Shown here: positions 63,386 to 64,000 of the stretch, piece after piece | Layout of the letters: each line of letters starts with the position of its first letter | Position numbering within the stretch: position 1 is the stretch's first letter | Source: Eledone cirrhosa | Lineage: Eukaryota | DNA: 64,000 nt | Direction: 5' to 3' | NCBI GenBank assembly: GCA_964016885.1 | Contig: OZ024742.1 | Coordinates: 284,952,001-285,016,000, forward strand | Translations under genes and position numbers: made by a program | Notes under the pieces: generated by a model | Database searches by the model: none | What the model saw: only the letters and a program-made list of their open reading frames with translations | What the model was told of the DNA's origin: nothing

Positions 63386-64000
63386 AACTATCTGCACATA
63401 AAAGAGAGATATAATATACCTACTCTTATGTATAAATCCATACACGTATATACGTACACACATAATTTTCAACTTTAATTATGTTCTACTAAACTTTTAC
63501 GGTATAACTGCAGTTCAGTGCCTCCTTCGAAAATGAAAGTGTATTACGTTTACTTAGTAAATGAAAAAGGAACAAAATACTTTCATTGGTGTATAGTTCG
63601 TTAATGGTTTTATTACTGAATAAAACTGTATTTGAAGCAAGATAAACGTAGACAATGTTTTCGTCATGAATTCCAATTTCATGTTGATAATGAATATCAA
63701 TCAGGTTAATGTCAGATTATTTTTCTACGGAATCATATAATTTCTACTACTATAAATCGCGGAATTTATTTCTTGTTTAATTACAATTTCGAAAACATCT
63801 GTAAAATTTCATTTAAAATGAAGAAAGAGAGAGACTTAGCGAAATTTTCTTTGTTTATCTTATCTGAATCGTGATTTTTTTTTTTCACCTATTTCCCCCA
63901 AAATATTCTATAAACATTAAACACTATAAAATAAGAAAAAAGGTCATATTCTGCTATTAATTTCTTTTTAAAGACGACAAATTTAGTATCAGCACAACTA

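Overview
AT-rich, repeat-dense animal genomic DNA. The SINE, RTE and microsatellite content suggests an octopus-like cephalopod, but this is an inference. The window holds one complete host gene, VCP/p97/CDC48, on the minus strand: 19 coding exons that I resolved by hand (62618 to 9165, all GT-AG, 2415 nt, 804 aa, ending in the HbYX tail DDLYS). Intron 1 crosses a 200-N assembly gap. The introns are filled with RTE, CR1/L2 and CRE-like LINEs, a Gypsy fragment, mariner, piggyBac and Helitron relics, MITEs, tRNA-derived SINEs and very long (TA)n arrays. The standout is a ~3.4-kb endogenous parvovirus-like element at ~3557-6996, about 2.2 kb past the VCP stop codon and bounded by two different hairpins. 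It carries a decayed PLA2-bearing capsid gene followed, on the same strand, by an SF3-helicase NS1 remnant, which reverses the usual monosense parvovirus order. It also carries an intact overprinted transmembrane ORF in the +1 frame of the PLA2 region, and splice and promoter signals that suggest circular permutation. Other oddities are a 30-nt U2 snRNA retro-fragment with a target-site duplication, several long intronic palindromes, and two ~99%-identical head-to-head RTE 3' ends around a 1.8-kb (TA)n array.
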